Assembly: GCA_964016885.1 (NCBI GenBank)
Contig: OZ024742.1
Location: 219,480,001-219,544,000 of the forward strand
Source of the DNA: Eledone cirrhosa
Taxonomy: Eukaryota
Length of the DNA: 64,000 nt
Direction of reading: 5' to 3'
In this document: positions 25,733 to 40,696 of the stretch, piece by piece
How positions within the stretch are numbered: the stretch's first letter is position 1
Layout: the number at the start of each line of letters is the position of its first letter
Translations under genes and position numbers: made by a program
The notes under the pieces: generated by a model
Told to the model about the DNA's origin: nothing
The model's database searches: none
The model's input: the letters and a program-made list of their open reading frames with translations, nothing else

Positions 25733-27768
25733 GTCGGATAATATAAATCGTTAACATTCAGTTGTGTGTACTTAGTTCTTTGATCAATAAATCTCCGCTA
25801 CGATAACAATAACTGTTGCCTCTCCATACCATAGCCGTACAAACGATGGACTGACAAATTATAACAACTTAAACCGACTAGACGTTGGAATGTTAGAAAG
25901 AAATGACATTACATTTAAGTAGATAATTCTTTCCATATAAGTCATAACAATAAATAGACATCTAGTTGCAGGTTCGGTCCTGGTCAGAACCGTCGATAGT
26001 CAATGATTGACAAAGACGACTATACAAAATAAAGAGTTGGTGTTGGTGGCATGGTGAAACAGCAGCAGTATTATCGACGATAGCAACAGACACTTACTTA
26101 AAATGCAGCGGTAAAGCGAATACAGAAATGAAATGCATTCATTTCACAAATACAAAACACTAATAAATGACCCGAGTAAAAAAAAAAATGTCCTATTAAT
26201 ATTGCGTCCTAATATGTAACAAGCATGTAAGCATTTTCTTTCCTTTCTTCAGTAAAGTCCAGAATTTATGGAAAGAGGTCTATGTATTGGTTTTTAACTG
26301 GTGCTTTCCTTCAATTTTTTTTTAAGTCACCATGTAGAGGCGAAAGTCGTATGTCAACAGTATCTTCTTTATTTGAAATATAGAAGAAGAGTTAAATAAA
26401 CAACTTGTTGTGTCCGTAATTCCATTGCATAAGGTTGTAAGAGGGAGTTGACAGTTCTAGGTAGTGACATGGGGTTGGCTCCCTGTTGCAGAAGTCAGGC
26501 AGACTACACAACATCACTCTCCAGCATTTATTTATTCCAATGAAGGTTTTCCTTCACACTAATTAATATAGCACTAACACACACACACTTCTACTCTCCC
26601 CATTCCTCCTGAGCAGCAGCAGTCTGGCTGATGATAAAATACACACGTCGATGGTTATTGTTGTTGTTTCCGTGGTGGTAGTCGTCAATACATCTCATTA
26701 CATAAAACCCAGTCTGAAATTGAAATCTCTTCTTCTTTCACTTCATTTTCTTTCTTTTCTTTTCTATTTTTTTTTTTCTCCTTTAATAAAATTTCTTTTG
26801 CAGCACTGTTGAAAACAACGCCCCCGAGCGACTCGGCACACACGCATTCATTTACGAAGAACAATAACTCTTCTCTTATTTCATCTGGTGTTTATATGAA
26901 ACACTTCAAACGAGCCGACGTGGGATGCCGCTGTGTAGTCACTCGACCTACTAGAAATAGCAGCCAAATCTCTTTCAAATCATTTTAAATGAATGGTTAA
27001 ATAAGGCGTTCCTTAAGAAGGAAGAACACAAAGTAATCATAGATATGTCTAAACAAATAAAACAGGATGATCATGTGGAATGCGTTGGATCAGTGCTGAC
27101 CCGGTGTTAAACAACAGGTCAAAAGTGAAATAAATTGGTTTGCCGCAAGGAAAAGAAAAAGAAAACAGTTTTTGTTTTATTACAGTGAGATATAAAAGTT
27201 TTTCAGATTGAGAATAGATGAGAGAGGGAGAGGAAGAAAATTGGGGAGAATAAGGAAGGGGGAGCAATGACAGTTTTAATGTTGTTTAGCACCAGGTCAG
27301 CTTTCATTCTGAAGACCTATAATCAAAAATATTCCACTCCTGACCATCTCATCTGTTTTGCCCCCCTGCCCACCTCCGACAATGCATTAATAACTACAAT
27401 ATTCAATACGTCATTTCCTTTTTACAAAGTAATGTGTGGAAGTTTGTACCTTTAGCTGAGTCCACTCTATTGCAAACATCACGTCTCAGAGGCCCTGAAA
27501 AGAGTAATGAGCAATACCTTTCATTCTCTGACTAAGTCATAACAAAGATATAAAATAAAGTTGGGAAATATTCTATTGATAAAGTGTTTTCCTTCATAGA
27601 GTTATCGTGGTGATTTGTTGACCTCAGAACAGGACCAGACTTTCAACTGTTGAGGGCCTAAGCTGTATGAAATCTGAGGCCCTTCTCTAAGAAATTTTGG
27701 CTAAAAATGTTTTAAATAATTATACATGATTATTCTTTTTTATATTAATGTTAATGATAAAGAATAAA

Positions 27769-27806
<38 letters not shown>

Positions 27807-28389
27807 ATGATTAAGTATTAAAGAATAAAAACTAATGATAAAATAAAAATATATTTTAAAAGATGTGAAACCCTCAAAGATGTGTGGCCTTAAGCTATAG
27901 CTTATAGGTAAGCCCAGCACTGCCTCAGAGACCTGGAAATGCTTCCTGGGGAGGATAACAAATTCAATGGAATTTTCTATAAAACATTTCAAAGTTATCC
28001 AGATTTGGATACATTATATCCCAACCTCTTAAAACAAATTTCTAGTAAAGCTAGGCATAATTACTTCCACAAGTTGCCTATACCTATAATGAAATACATT
28101 CCACAACCCTTTTTTTGCATCTACTGCATTTGAGACCACCTTGATTTTAGAGAAATTTGGCTGTTGTTTATAGCAAATCAAGTGATGTTGTAGAGATACA
28201 ATAGTTCTAATACTGGTAGAACAATATACTACAGCCATGGTGGTTGAAACAATCTAAAAGGATATAGGCCTTGGAGAGATGCATAACTGAACTTTACAGA
28301 GTCACAGTTTTGTATAAATTTGTATAATTAACTTAAATATATAATGATTTCCTGTGATCAATAATTAAATTCAATTCAATCCAGAGCCT

Positions 28390-28700
28390 TCTCACTGTTG
28401 ACCTCCACCACTTTCTTTATTGGTCATGTCTTCAGGGGTGTAGCCATACTCACCAAGCTTGGCCAATTGCAGCTTGGTAAACCTATTTAACTCATAGTTG
28501 GGGTAGATAGCCATTGACTCTGAGGAGTTCCTCTACCCTTTTAACAGGTGGGGTTTTTTTTTTGTACTGCTGGGGTTCCACTTAGCTTCCTCCCCAAACC
28601 AGGGTCTGGCGGGGGAGCCTGTTTAGTCGCCAACCACCTGACCATGAAGCAAGTTGTACTGGGTTACATGGTACCAGTAGCAGGCAGAAGCTTGACCTAA
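28390..28700 (-). mobile_element. Interspersed repeat, same family as 9760-10055
   Basis: Colinear similarity. Confidence 0.55.
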
Positions 28701-28913
28701 CCAAAGTGATCAATAAATAAATTTCAAAAATATCCGAAACAGTAGAGAGGGTCATACAATGTTATAACCTGTCACATGATTTGGAGTGGGTGAGTGTGGT
28801 GTGTAGTTTAGAAATATTCTTAGCCTGGCCAGATCAAGCAATGTTAAAACTAAGTTTGTCAACTTGCCAAATTTTAAGTTGAAAAATAGGACACATAACA
28901 GGGTAAAAAGAGT

Positions 28914-29925
28914 GTACATTGTAGGGCTAGCTTAGGACTCTAAATAACCAGGTACACTTTGAAGGGTTAGCTTAGGGTTCTAAATACCCAAGTACACATT
29001 GTGGGGCTAGCTTAGGGTTCTAAATACCCAAGTACATATTGTAGGGCTAGCTTAGGGTTCTAAATACCCAGGTACACATTGTAGGGCTAGTGTAGGGTGC
29101 TAATTAGCTAGGTACACGTAGTAGGGATAGTGTAGGGTGCTAATTAGCTAGGTACACGTAGTAGGGATAGCTTAGGGTGTTAATTACCCAGGTATATATT
29201 GTAGGGCTAGCTTAGATGCTAATTACCCAGGAATACAGTAGGGATAGCCTAGGGTGTTAATTAGCTAGGAATATATTGTAGGGCTAGTGTAGGGTGCTAA
29301 ATACCCAAGTACATATAGTAGGGCTAGCTTAGGGTGTTAATTAGCTAGGTATATATTGTAGGGCTAGTGTAGGGTGCTAAATACCCAGGTACATATAGTA
29401 GGGCCAGCTTAGGGTGTTAATTAGCTAGGTATATAGTGTAGGGTGCTAAATACCCAGGTACATATAGTAGGGCCAGCTTAGGGTGTTAATTAGCTAGGTA
29501 TATAGTGTAGGGTGCTAAATACCCAGGTACATATAGTAGGGCTAGCTTAGGGTGTTAATTAGCTAGGTATATATTCTAGGCTGGTGTAGGGTGCTAATTA
29601 CCCAACTACACATTGTAGGGCTAGCTTAGAGTGCTAATTAGCTAGGTACACATTGTAGGGCTAGCTTAGAGTGCTAATTAGCTAGGTACACATTGTAGGG
29701 CTAGCTTAGAGTGCTAATTAGCTAGGTACACATTGTAGGGCTAGCTTAGAGTGCTAATTAGCTAGGTACACATTGTAGGGCTAGCTTAGAGTGCTAATTA
29801 CCCAACTACACATTGTAGGGCTAGCTTAGAGTGCTAATTAGCTAGGTACACATTGTAGGGCTAGCTTAGAGTGCTAATTAGCTAGGTACACATTGTAGGG
29901 CTAGTTTAGGGTGCTAATTACCCAT
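28914..29925. repeat. 40-bp tandem satellite, ~25 units
   Basis: Unit ggtacacattgtagggctagcttagagtgctaattagcta; exact 40-bp period at 29600-29900. Confidence 0.95.
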
Positions 29926-30273
29926 GTGCCAACCCTGATCCTGTAGATGCATGTACTTGTATTTACAAATAACCCATACATAAATTTAACATTAATTACT
30001 AAACTACTTAATGAGCCATTTGAAATGGGGGCTTACATTCACATTTGGCTTAGGCCAATTACCACCTTTGCATGGACCTGATTACAAATATGTTTTTTTT
30101 TCTGATAATAAAGGTCTATAATGAGATATTTGCATGGTGAGAGCAATTTGTGAAATATTTATTAAATTACACTCTAGTTCATTTAATGCTACTAAATCAG
30201 TCACTAGCTTCTCCTAAAACAAATAAAACATCTTCTGTCAAATAGATTTTCCTAGTGTGCTTATAAGTTATCA

Positions 30274-30432
30274 AATAATTGTTTCTACTTTAGGCACAAG
30301 GCCAGCAATTACCCAGTACATTACTGGTACTTTATTTTATTGACCCCGTAAGGATGAAAGGCAAAGTTAACCTTGGTGGGATTTGAACTCGTAACTATGC
30401 TGGAAAGCATGGCGTCCGACTCTCTACCGATA
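30274..30432 (-). mobile_element. SINE family 1
   Basis: Same consensus as 32800-32982. Confidence 0.75.
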
Positions 30433-31374
30433 CTAGGGTCCAACATTTATAGATGATGTAATAGTTAAGCAGTGGCATAGCTCGTGTGTGTACTGCCCAG
30501 CCCCACAAAAGATACTACTACAACTACTATTAATGTAGCAGCTGATGCAGATGCAACTGTTGCCAGGGTTCAACCAGTGCATTATATGTTCTAATTGCTC
30601 TCACCTTTGGTGAGGTTTTCTTTCAGGTACCTTTTTTTTTTTTTTTACCTTCTCTATCTTTCTAGACACAAAGAAATAAATTTAGGGTAGGGGAATATCC
30701 ATGATTTATACTGACCTAGTAGCTAACTGGTATCTTATTTTATTGACTCTGAAAGGATGAAAGGCAAAGTTGACCTATATTGTTGGCAATGCAGTAGTGG
30801 GAGTGATAGCAGTAGTAACAGTTGCAACGCCAGTAGCTGTTAAAATAGTTGTATCTAGGGTTGATGGTGTAGTTTAGGAGGTGCAGGACCCAATTATGTG
30901 TTACATGTCAGTCAGGGCTAGTAGTTGCAGTTTAGGAAGTGCATAACCCAATTATGTATTACATAACATTGATTTCTAATTTAGGCACAAGACCAACAGG
31001 AAGGGCAAAATTGGTTAAATCAACCCTAGACTGGTATTTTATTTTATCGACCCTGGTAGGATGAAATGCAAAGTTGACCTTAGTTGGATTTGAACTCATA
31101 ATATAAAGAGCCAGAACAAAAAACCACAATGGAATTTTATCTGACGCTCTACCGATTCTGCCAATCCATAATTCTTAATTGTTTCTACTTTTGGAACAAG
31201 GCCAGTAATTTGATAAGAAGGGGAAAGTCGATTACATTGACCCCGTTGATATGACACGTATTTTATTTTACCAATTCCGGAAAAATGAAAAGTAAGGTTG
31301 ACCTCAGTGGGATTTGAACTGAGAACGGAGAAAGTTGCAATGTCACACAACTTTACAATAGTGTAATAGCAGTA

Positions 31375-31380
31375 GCAACG

Positions 31381-31448
<68 letters not shown>

Positions 31449-31457
31449 GGTGGTGGT

Positions 31458-31490
<33 letters not shown>

Positions 31491-31528
31491 TGTAATAGCA
31501 GCAGCAGAAATAGCAAAGCAGCAGTAAT

Positions 31529-31563
<35 letters not shown>

Positions 31564-31767
31564 CAGCAGCAGTAATAGTAGTAGTAGAAGTAGTAGTAGT
31601 AATAGTCGTAGTAATAGAATCAGTAACTTGTGCAGCCAGTAGTAGTGGTAGTAGTAGTAGCAACGACTTCATCGATAACAACTGTTATAGTAGTATTGAT
31701 TCCGAAAGGAAGAGACAAACTTGACATCGATAACCGGTACAAATACCGACAAGGCTTTCTAACGATT

Positions 31768-31805
<38 letters not shown>

Positions 31806-31845
31806 ACAGCAGAAGCAGCAATAGCAATAGCAGTAGTAGTAGTTG
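31375..31845. repeat. (TAG/CAG/TGG)n trinucleotide microsatellite cluster
   Basis: Direct reading. Confidence 0.95.
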
Positions 31846-32397
31846 CATTTTTGAGCTCCGCTGGTTTTGTTTTCTCATAACTTTTATAATAACGAACCTT
31901 TTTAAATGAAACTTGCATAAATACTTGTTCGAACATGTAGATTACGATTATGACGAGGAAATGATATTAATTTGATATTTGTTTGATATTAATCATTATC
32001 AATATCAAAATTAAAAAGCGTGATAAAAAGATTTTCGAGTCCAGTAATGATAGGGATAACTTTTGGCAGAATCATTAGAGTGTCGGACAAACGAGGTTTA
32101 TAGTATTTGTTTTGGATCTTTACGTTTTGAGTTCAAACCACGCCGCGGTCAACTTTGTTTTTCATCCTTCTGTGGTACCGGTCAAATATTGAAGTCGATT
32201 TAATCAACTTTCCTTTCCCAAAAATTGCTGGTCTTTCACTTAAATTAGAAATTATTATTTTCCTTTTTTTTCAGGACGGTGGAGATCCTAAACTATAGTT
32301 ATGCCGGTTTTTTTTTTTTTTTGTTTTTTTTTTTTTTGGTTTTTTTTTACACCTAGCGTACATAAAGTAATATACGTACAAAAGGTAAGTTACCTAG

Positions 32398-32570
32398 GGG
32401 AGACTTCTCGTGTCCTTGGCCCTAGGACCTCCTCCCTACTCACCACCATCGGCACAGAGTTGGTTACCGGCAGGTGTGAGCCTCGCGAGCTGGAATGGCT
32501 CTTCCAGCGCGTCTCCTTCACCATCATTCGGGGAAACACCTTCTCTATTCTATCCGCCAGGGCCGCGAGG
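32398..32570 (+). mobile_element. C-terminal REL endonuclease fragment of CRE-like non-LTR element
   Basis: ETSRVLGP...EPRELEWLFQRVSFTIIRGN. Confidence 0.65.
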
Positions 32571-32799
32571 CGGCCAGCGCATGGGACCCCATTTGCTCAT
32601 AATAGTGAGAGATGCGGAGAGACGGAGGCAGTGATAGTGGGAGTTTGGTTCCATTATGTTCAGATCTGGTGTATATGTATATATTTATTTACCACACCAC
32701 ATGTTAGTCGGCTTTGAACAAAAAGAAGAAAAGAACCCTTCCAGAAAAAATTACTTTCTCCCCATGTACACAATGTAAAATAATGTTGTACTTAACAAT

Positions 32800-32982
32800 A
32801 ATTGTTTCTACTTTTGGCACAAGGCCAGCAAATACCCAGTACATTACCGGTACTTTATTTTATCGACCCCGTAAGGATGAAAGGCAAAGTTAACCTTGGC
32901 GAGATTTGAACTCAGACCGTAAAGGGACGTAACTATGCTAGAAAGTATGGCGTCCAACCCTCTACCGATACTGCCAATTCAC
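32800..32982 (-). mobile_element. SINE family 1, most complete copy; more copies at 33024-33136 (+) and 33153-33263 (-)
   Basis: tRNA-like B box gagttcaaatc on minus strand; shared body. Confidence 0.8.
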
Positions 32983-33429
32983 AATAATGCTTATTATTTA
33001 CATCTGAGTTCAAATTATTTACGATCTGAGTTCAAATCCCGCCGAGGTTGACTTTCATCCTTACGGGGTCGATAAAATAAAGTACCAGTAATGTACTGGG
33101 TATTTGCTGGCCTTATGCCTAAAGTAGAAACAACTATTTACATCTGTACAGAAATAATTGTTTCTACTTTTGGCACAAGGCCAGCAATTAATCAGTACAT
33201 TACTGGTACTTTATTTTATCGACCCCGTAAGGATGAAAGGCAAAGTTGACCTTGGCGGGATTTCAGAAATAATGCTTTCTAGTTTTGGCACTATCTCTAA
33301 TCCAATTAATTTATATATATTCATTGTAACGTTTTTATTACAGTAAAAACAATTGCACAAACGTATGGTTACTCCTGGAAATGTATGTCCGTATGTATGT
33401 ATGTCCGGGGAAACAGAAGTTGCTGCAAC

Positions 33430-34520
<1,091 letters not shown>

Positions 34521-34839
34521 ATTAGAAACACAAACACAAGGGTAGCAGGGAAATTCCATGTGGTCAGTTATTCATTGTCTCAACACATTTGGTATCAACC
34601 CACATGAAACCAATACTGTTCGAGGGTTTAAAAATGTTTGTTTTGAAGTGTTTTAAGTGAATTAAGACCTTCCTTAATAAGGCTTTCTAACACATGCACT
34701 AAGCTAGAAATTTTGAGAGAGGGGAAAAGTCAATTATACTGATCTCTAGTACATAGGTGGTATTTTATTTTATAATTAAAAAAAAAAAATTTCAAAAATA
34801 AAGTATTATATCTAAATACCACAAGATATATTGTCCACA

Positions 34840-35000
34840 GCACTAGTCGCACCAGTTGCTGTCGAGACCTCAGGTGTACTTGGACCCCATACTGCTGAGC
34901 TCCTCCACAAGATCAGAACGTCAACAGCCTCTCTGAGGAAAGAGCCCCGCGAGGTGGGGTGGCCGTTGCAGCGTGTGTTGCTGGCCATTGTCTATGGTAA
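34840..35000 (+). mobile_element. REL endonuclease fragment of CRE-like element
   Basis: PVAVETSGVLGP...EPREVGWPLQRVLLAIVYG, homologous to 32398-32570. Confidence 0.6.
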
Positions 35001-35330
35001 AGGTTCTCAACGGGGGTGGGTGGGTGGGGGGGGGGGGGGCGTTATGCAGTAAGGGGGCGTTGAATCAAGAAAACAAAGAAAATAAATTAAAGAAGCTTGT
35101 CAACGAATTCCCTAGGGAGATAAAAGAAAATCAAAAGAAATCAAAGAGAATGAAAGTAAGGACTACTTCAACAGAAATGACAAGAAGAAGCAATGGTGGT
35201 GAACATACACACACATACATACATACATACATACATACATACATACATACATACATACATACAACATACATACATACATACATACATACAACATACATAC
35301 ATACATACATACATACATACATACATACAT

Positions 35331-35620
35331 TAGATGGATACCATCAGGGTTGCAGATGTTATATCAGAGTTTTCCTTCTCCTAGAATTCTGCCTTGACAA
35401 AGGCTAAGGGGTCATCTCTCCCGGTGATTTTGGATGGCCATTGACTCTTAAGAGCTCCTGTGCCCTTTGACAGGTTTTGTTTTTAGTCCTGCAGGATGTC
35501 CAAAGTCACCCTCCTCACCAAGAAACCTTGGTGGGGTTGCCAGTTTAGTCGCCAACGACCCGACTATGAGACAGGTTGTACTGGCATACATGTTACCAGT
35601 AGCCCCAACTGGTGACCTGA
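35331..35620 (-). mobile_element. Interspersed repeat within (CATA)n; second copy 36710-36960
   Basis: Near-identical ~250-bp copies; minus-strand ctaggagaaggaaaactctga resembles RTE 5'UTR sequence. Confidence 0.65.
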
Positions 35621-35969
35621 CATACATACATACATACATACATACATACATACATACATACATACATACATACATACATACATACATACACACACGCATA
35701 TATACATATACATACACACACACACACACACATATATACACACACACACATATATACGCACAGAGGCCGGCGTTAGTGTTTGATGAAGTTGAGAACCTGG
35801 TCAGCTTTCAGCCAGAAGTGTGATATTTAAACTCCCTAGGTAATAAAATCTGGCGACAAAAATGTTCTCCTTACCAAAAAAAGAAGACATAGATCATATC
35901 AACATCCTTACACACTTAAATATAAATGCATAGCTATATACATACGTAAATGCATGTATATATGTATGT

Positions 35970-36351
35970 ATATATATATGAAAGCGAGGATGTGTGTGTG
36001 TCTGTGTACAACTTTGCATACTTAAGGCTTTTACAATTACCAACTGAATTTGACCAAATGTTCTGTGTACGTTGCACAGGTCGCTAAGATTGTCACATCA
36101 CAAACATTTTTCAAATCGACCCACGTTGAGTAATAAAAAAAATCGATATCAAAATTATCGGTAGCAAAATTGATGTAAGGGAGATGACCAACTTTATTGA
36201 CACCCCTTATAAAAAAGGGCGATAACCAACTTTATTGACAGAAATATAAACATCAGACACATTTGAAGATAAATCACTAATATCATCGTTTGTTTCTTGT
36301 TTATTCTTTGTTACATTTCAAACCCCGGGCAACGCCGGGTAAATCTGCTAG
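35970..36351 (+). mobile_element. Non-autonomous Helitron-like element
   Basis: 5' tatatat..(tg)n-tctgt; 3' hairpin cccgg-gcaacg-ccggg then CTAG at 36348-36351. Confidence 0.65.
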
Positions 36352-36968
36352 TATATATATAAATCTACATACATATATATATATATAAATATGGTGGCTG
36401 CCAACTCGTTTTCGAGTACGGCCACTACTTTATATCCATGTAGGAGAACCCCTACCGATGCGCTGAACGAGTGACTTTTTAGTCCAGCCAGCGACTTGAA
36501 AACTCTGGTACAAACACTACACTTGTGACAATTATTGACACATAGTGCTGGGCCCATGGTACCATGTGACGACAAATGCAGAAAGATCTCCAGATATAAA
36601 GCAATGCCTGTGCCGTGAAGCTTTTATAGTGAGCAAAGGCACTGCACAAAGCCAGTCTCACTCTCTTAACCAAGATGATATTTACCAAAAAGAAGAACAA
36701 GTCAACATCATTGGATACCATCAGGGTTGCAGGTGTTATATCAGAGTTTTCCTTCTCCTAGAATTCTGCCTTGACAAAGGCTAAGGGATCATCTCTCCCG
36801 GTGATTTTGGATGGCCATTGACTCTTAAGAGCTCCTTTGCTCTTTGACAGGTTTGTTTTTAGTCCTGCAGGATGTTCAAAGTGACCCTCCTCATAAAGAA
36901 ACCTTGGTGAGGTTGCCAGTTTAGTCGCCAACGACCCGACCATGGGACAGGTTGTACTGGATATATAT

Positions 36969-37043
<75 letters not shown>

Positions 37044-37324
37044 TATAAATCTACATACATACATACCCAGGGTATGACATTAAACTACATCCAGTGGCAA
37101 GGCTCCAGTTCGGGAGTTCAGGAGTTGTGGGGAATGTGGAGTTACCCCTTAGTTGTCGTGACTCCCAGGTCTGCCCTGGCCCGGGGTGGTAGTACCTGTT
37201 AGGGTTCCATTTATGGGTTAAATAACTACCTTATTCGAGTGGCGCCGGTAAGGTATTGTCAGCCATTGAAAAGAAATATGGAGAGTCGATCTAACAGCAC
37301 TAGGGTTAGAGCCCCTAATTACAC

Positions 37325-37716
37325 TGGGTCTGAGACTTGGACACTGACCAAGAAACTCACTCAGATGGTGGATGGGTGCTACACGAACATGCTGAGGATG
37401 GCTCTGAACATTAATCAGTATACACTGAAAAACTCAGAGCTGTATGGGAACATCCCAAAAGTCAGCTCAAAAGTGACACAGAGGAGACTGGGGTTAGCTG
37501 GACATGCTCACCGACATCCAGAGTTGACATTGCACTCAGTGCTCCTTTGGGAGCCCCTACATGGACACACTAGAAGAGGAAGACCAAGGTTAACGTATGT
37601 TGATGCCCTGAGGACAGACACTGGTCTGCTGGAGACGCAGGACATGGCAGCGATAATGAAGGACAGAAACCGCTGGAGAGAACTCGTCCATGGATCTCGG
37701 GAATTTTACCAGCCTT
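37325..37716 (+). mobile_element. 3' fragment of a different RTE/RTE-X LINE
   Basis: GSETWTLTK...RRLGLAGH...LLWEP.HG..RRGRP. Confidence 0.8.
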
Positions 37717-37720
37717 AGAG

Positions 37721-37846
<126 letters not shown>

Positions 37847-37984
37847 ATATATATACATATAAATCTACATACATACATATATATATAAATCTACATACAT
37901 ACATACATACATTTACGTATGTATATAGCTATGCATTTATACATTTGTATATATATACATGCATTTATATTTAAGTGTGTAAGG

Positions 37985-38087
<103 letters not shown>

Positions 38088-38111
38088 ATATATATATTAT
38101 ACACACACACT

Positions 38112-38155
<44 letters not shown>

Positions 38156-39054
38156 GTGTGACAAGAAGCTTGTTTCCCAACCACATATTTCCGGGTTCAG
38201 TCCCACTGCCCGAGCCGACCAAAGCCCTGTGAGTGGATTTGATAGATCGAAACTAAAAGAAGCCCGTCGTATATATGTATATATGTTTGTGTGTGTCTTT
38301 GCGTTTGTGTTTGCGCTCCCACCAATGCTTGTTGGTTTCTTGACGTCCCTATAACTTACCAAGGTGGTCCTCCAGCATGGGCGTAGTCCAGAGACAGAAA
38401 AAAAGTAAAATATATATGTGTGTGTGTGTGTGTGTAGAAGAGGGGTCTCAAACTCAAGGACACAAAAGGGCTATTACGTTCTGGAGGAGAAGCACAGTGG
38501 GCCAAACGTGGGGGTGGGTGAACATTTTCATCATTTCTATTATAGGAACAAGGCATGAAATTTGGGGTTTAGCGTTCAGTCGATTGCATCGATCCTAGTA
38601 CACAACTGGTACTTAATTCATCGACCCCAAAAGGAAGTAAGGCAAAGTTGAGATCGGCGGAATTTGAACTCAGAACGTAAAAACGGAAGAAGTTCCGTTA
38701 AGCATTTCGCCAGATGTGCTAACGATTCCACCAACTCGCCGCCTTATTTTCACCAGTTATAATGCGATATGAAATATCGGTTCTACCACAGGCCACAGAT
38801 AAGTAGTTCGCGGGCCGCATGTGTGAGCCCCCTGTTAGATAGACGTGTACCAAACACACACACATTTCTTACTCTCTCTGTCCCTCCCTCTTTCTCTCTT
38901 CATTTTTATATATATATATGTGTGTGTGTGTGTGGAGCGTTGTTATTTGGCGTTGTTGAAAAGAGCTGTGGCCTTTGACCTGGCAATAAAAAACTGTAGA
39001 CAAAATTCTTTCTGTACCAAGGCACACACACACTCACAAGTTTGTGTGTGTGTA

Positions 39055-39126
<72 letters not shown>

Positions 39127-40585
39127 TATCTGTGTTTATATATAAGGGATAAAAATATTGCTTTCTCAGTCACCAAGCTTCTCAATTCATTCCTTACTAC
39201 TTATTTTGCTACGAGGTATATTATTTTGCAAGGTACTATTTTTCCCCTGAGTTTGTGATTTCAGAGAAAGGTAAGAAATTCTTCATATTTTGCATCTTTT
39301 GTATTTTGACTTTGCAGTTTCAATTGTCTATCCACTCAAAATATTACAACAGCTAACAGTGAAATATAGAATTTAAAAAAAAAAAGCTTTTTCAACTGAG
39401 ATCAAATGTTTTTTTTTTATTTCAAAAATATATAATTTGAAATAGCTTGCTTTTGTTTTGGACTGAAACTTTTTTGTATTTAATTCGTACGAGTATTTTT
39501 TAAAGAATCTAAGATAACTTGATTTGGCCCAGTAATCTACTGTATCAAAATCAGTAGTATATTGAAAAATGGAAAAATAGGGTAGGGGGGCGTTTCGTGA
39601 TTTCGAGGGGCAAAGGGGGGGCGTTTGGCCAAAATGGGTTGAGAACCTTTGGTCTACGGGAATGCTTTTGCAGTCTTGTCAGCGGGGCACAGCCCCAATA
39701 CCGCCGTCCTCTAGGCCCAAAGCCCATCACCCTCCCCCTTCCCCCTCTCCCATTCTTCTGTGACACTAGAACCCTTGTCTTTCCCTTCCTTTTCCATTTT
39801 TATATTTTCTTATATTACATTCCATTCTTTCTTCTCAATCTATTTTTTCTTTCCCTATTAAATATTTCTACTATTTTATACATAGTTTATTTTATATTTT
39901 CATTGTTAAATTGGTTTTGCTATTGTGCACTTTTATTCCAGCTTATTTAAACCCCCAGTGTCTTTGTATTGTCCCCTACATGTAGGCCCTTGTGGCCAAT
40001 AAATGAAATCGCTATTATAAACATCAATAAAGAATCACAACTACTATTTTGCGAATTGGCAAAATTGTTAGAACGTTGGACAGAAAGCTCTCAGTTACTC
40101 ATTCCGGTTATCTGCTCTCTGTGTTCAAATCCCACTAAGATCAACTTTGCCTTTCATCCATTCAAGGTCGATACAAAAATAGTACCAGTCAAGTACAAGT
40201 GTTGATGTTTTCCCTATATCTCTTTCTGACTTCCTCTCTCTCACTCTTTATCCTTTTCAAACTTAGTATAAGAAGTTAGGGGTGGTAGAAAATTTAAATG
40301 TTATTTATTTTACTAATTTTTTTTTTAATTAATTAAAATAGACTGAGTATTATGTAAGAAATATGAAGGCAGAGCAGTTGATTTCATAGCCAATATACCT
40401 CCTAATGATAATTATTTTTTTAAGCAATGTATTGAGGAATGGTAAGGCAGATGATCCAGAAAGGTACGTTCTGCATAGAAGATAGACAAATAGGGAAGTT
40501 GGTTCTATGTAGAAGATAGAAGCGGGGAAATTGGTTCCATATAAAAGATATAGAACCAATGAGGTAGGTTTTGTGTTGAGTATAG

Positions 40586-40683
<98 letters not shown>

Positions 40684-40696
40684 TTTTTTTTTTTAT

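Noticed and set aside
28914-29925. CRISPR-like periodicity
   Set aside because: Units are contiguous with no unique spacers, there are no cas genes, and the context is eukaryotic
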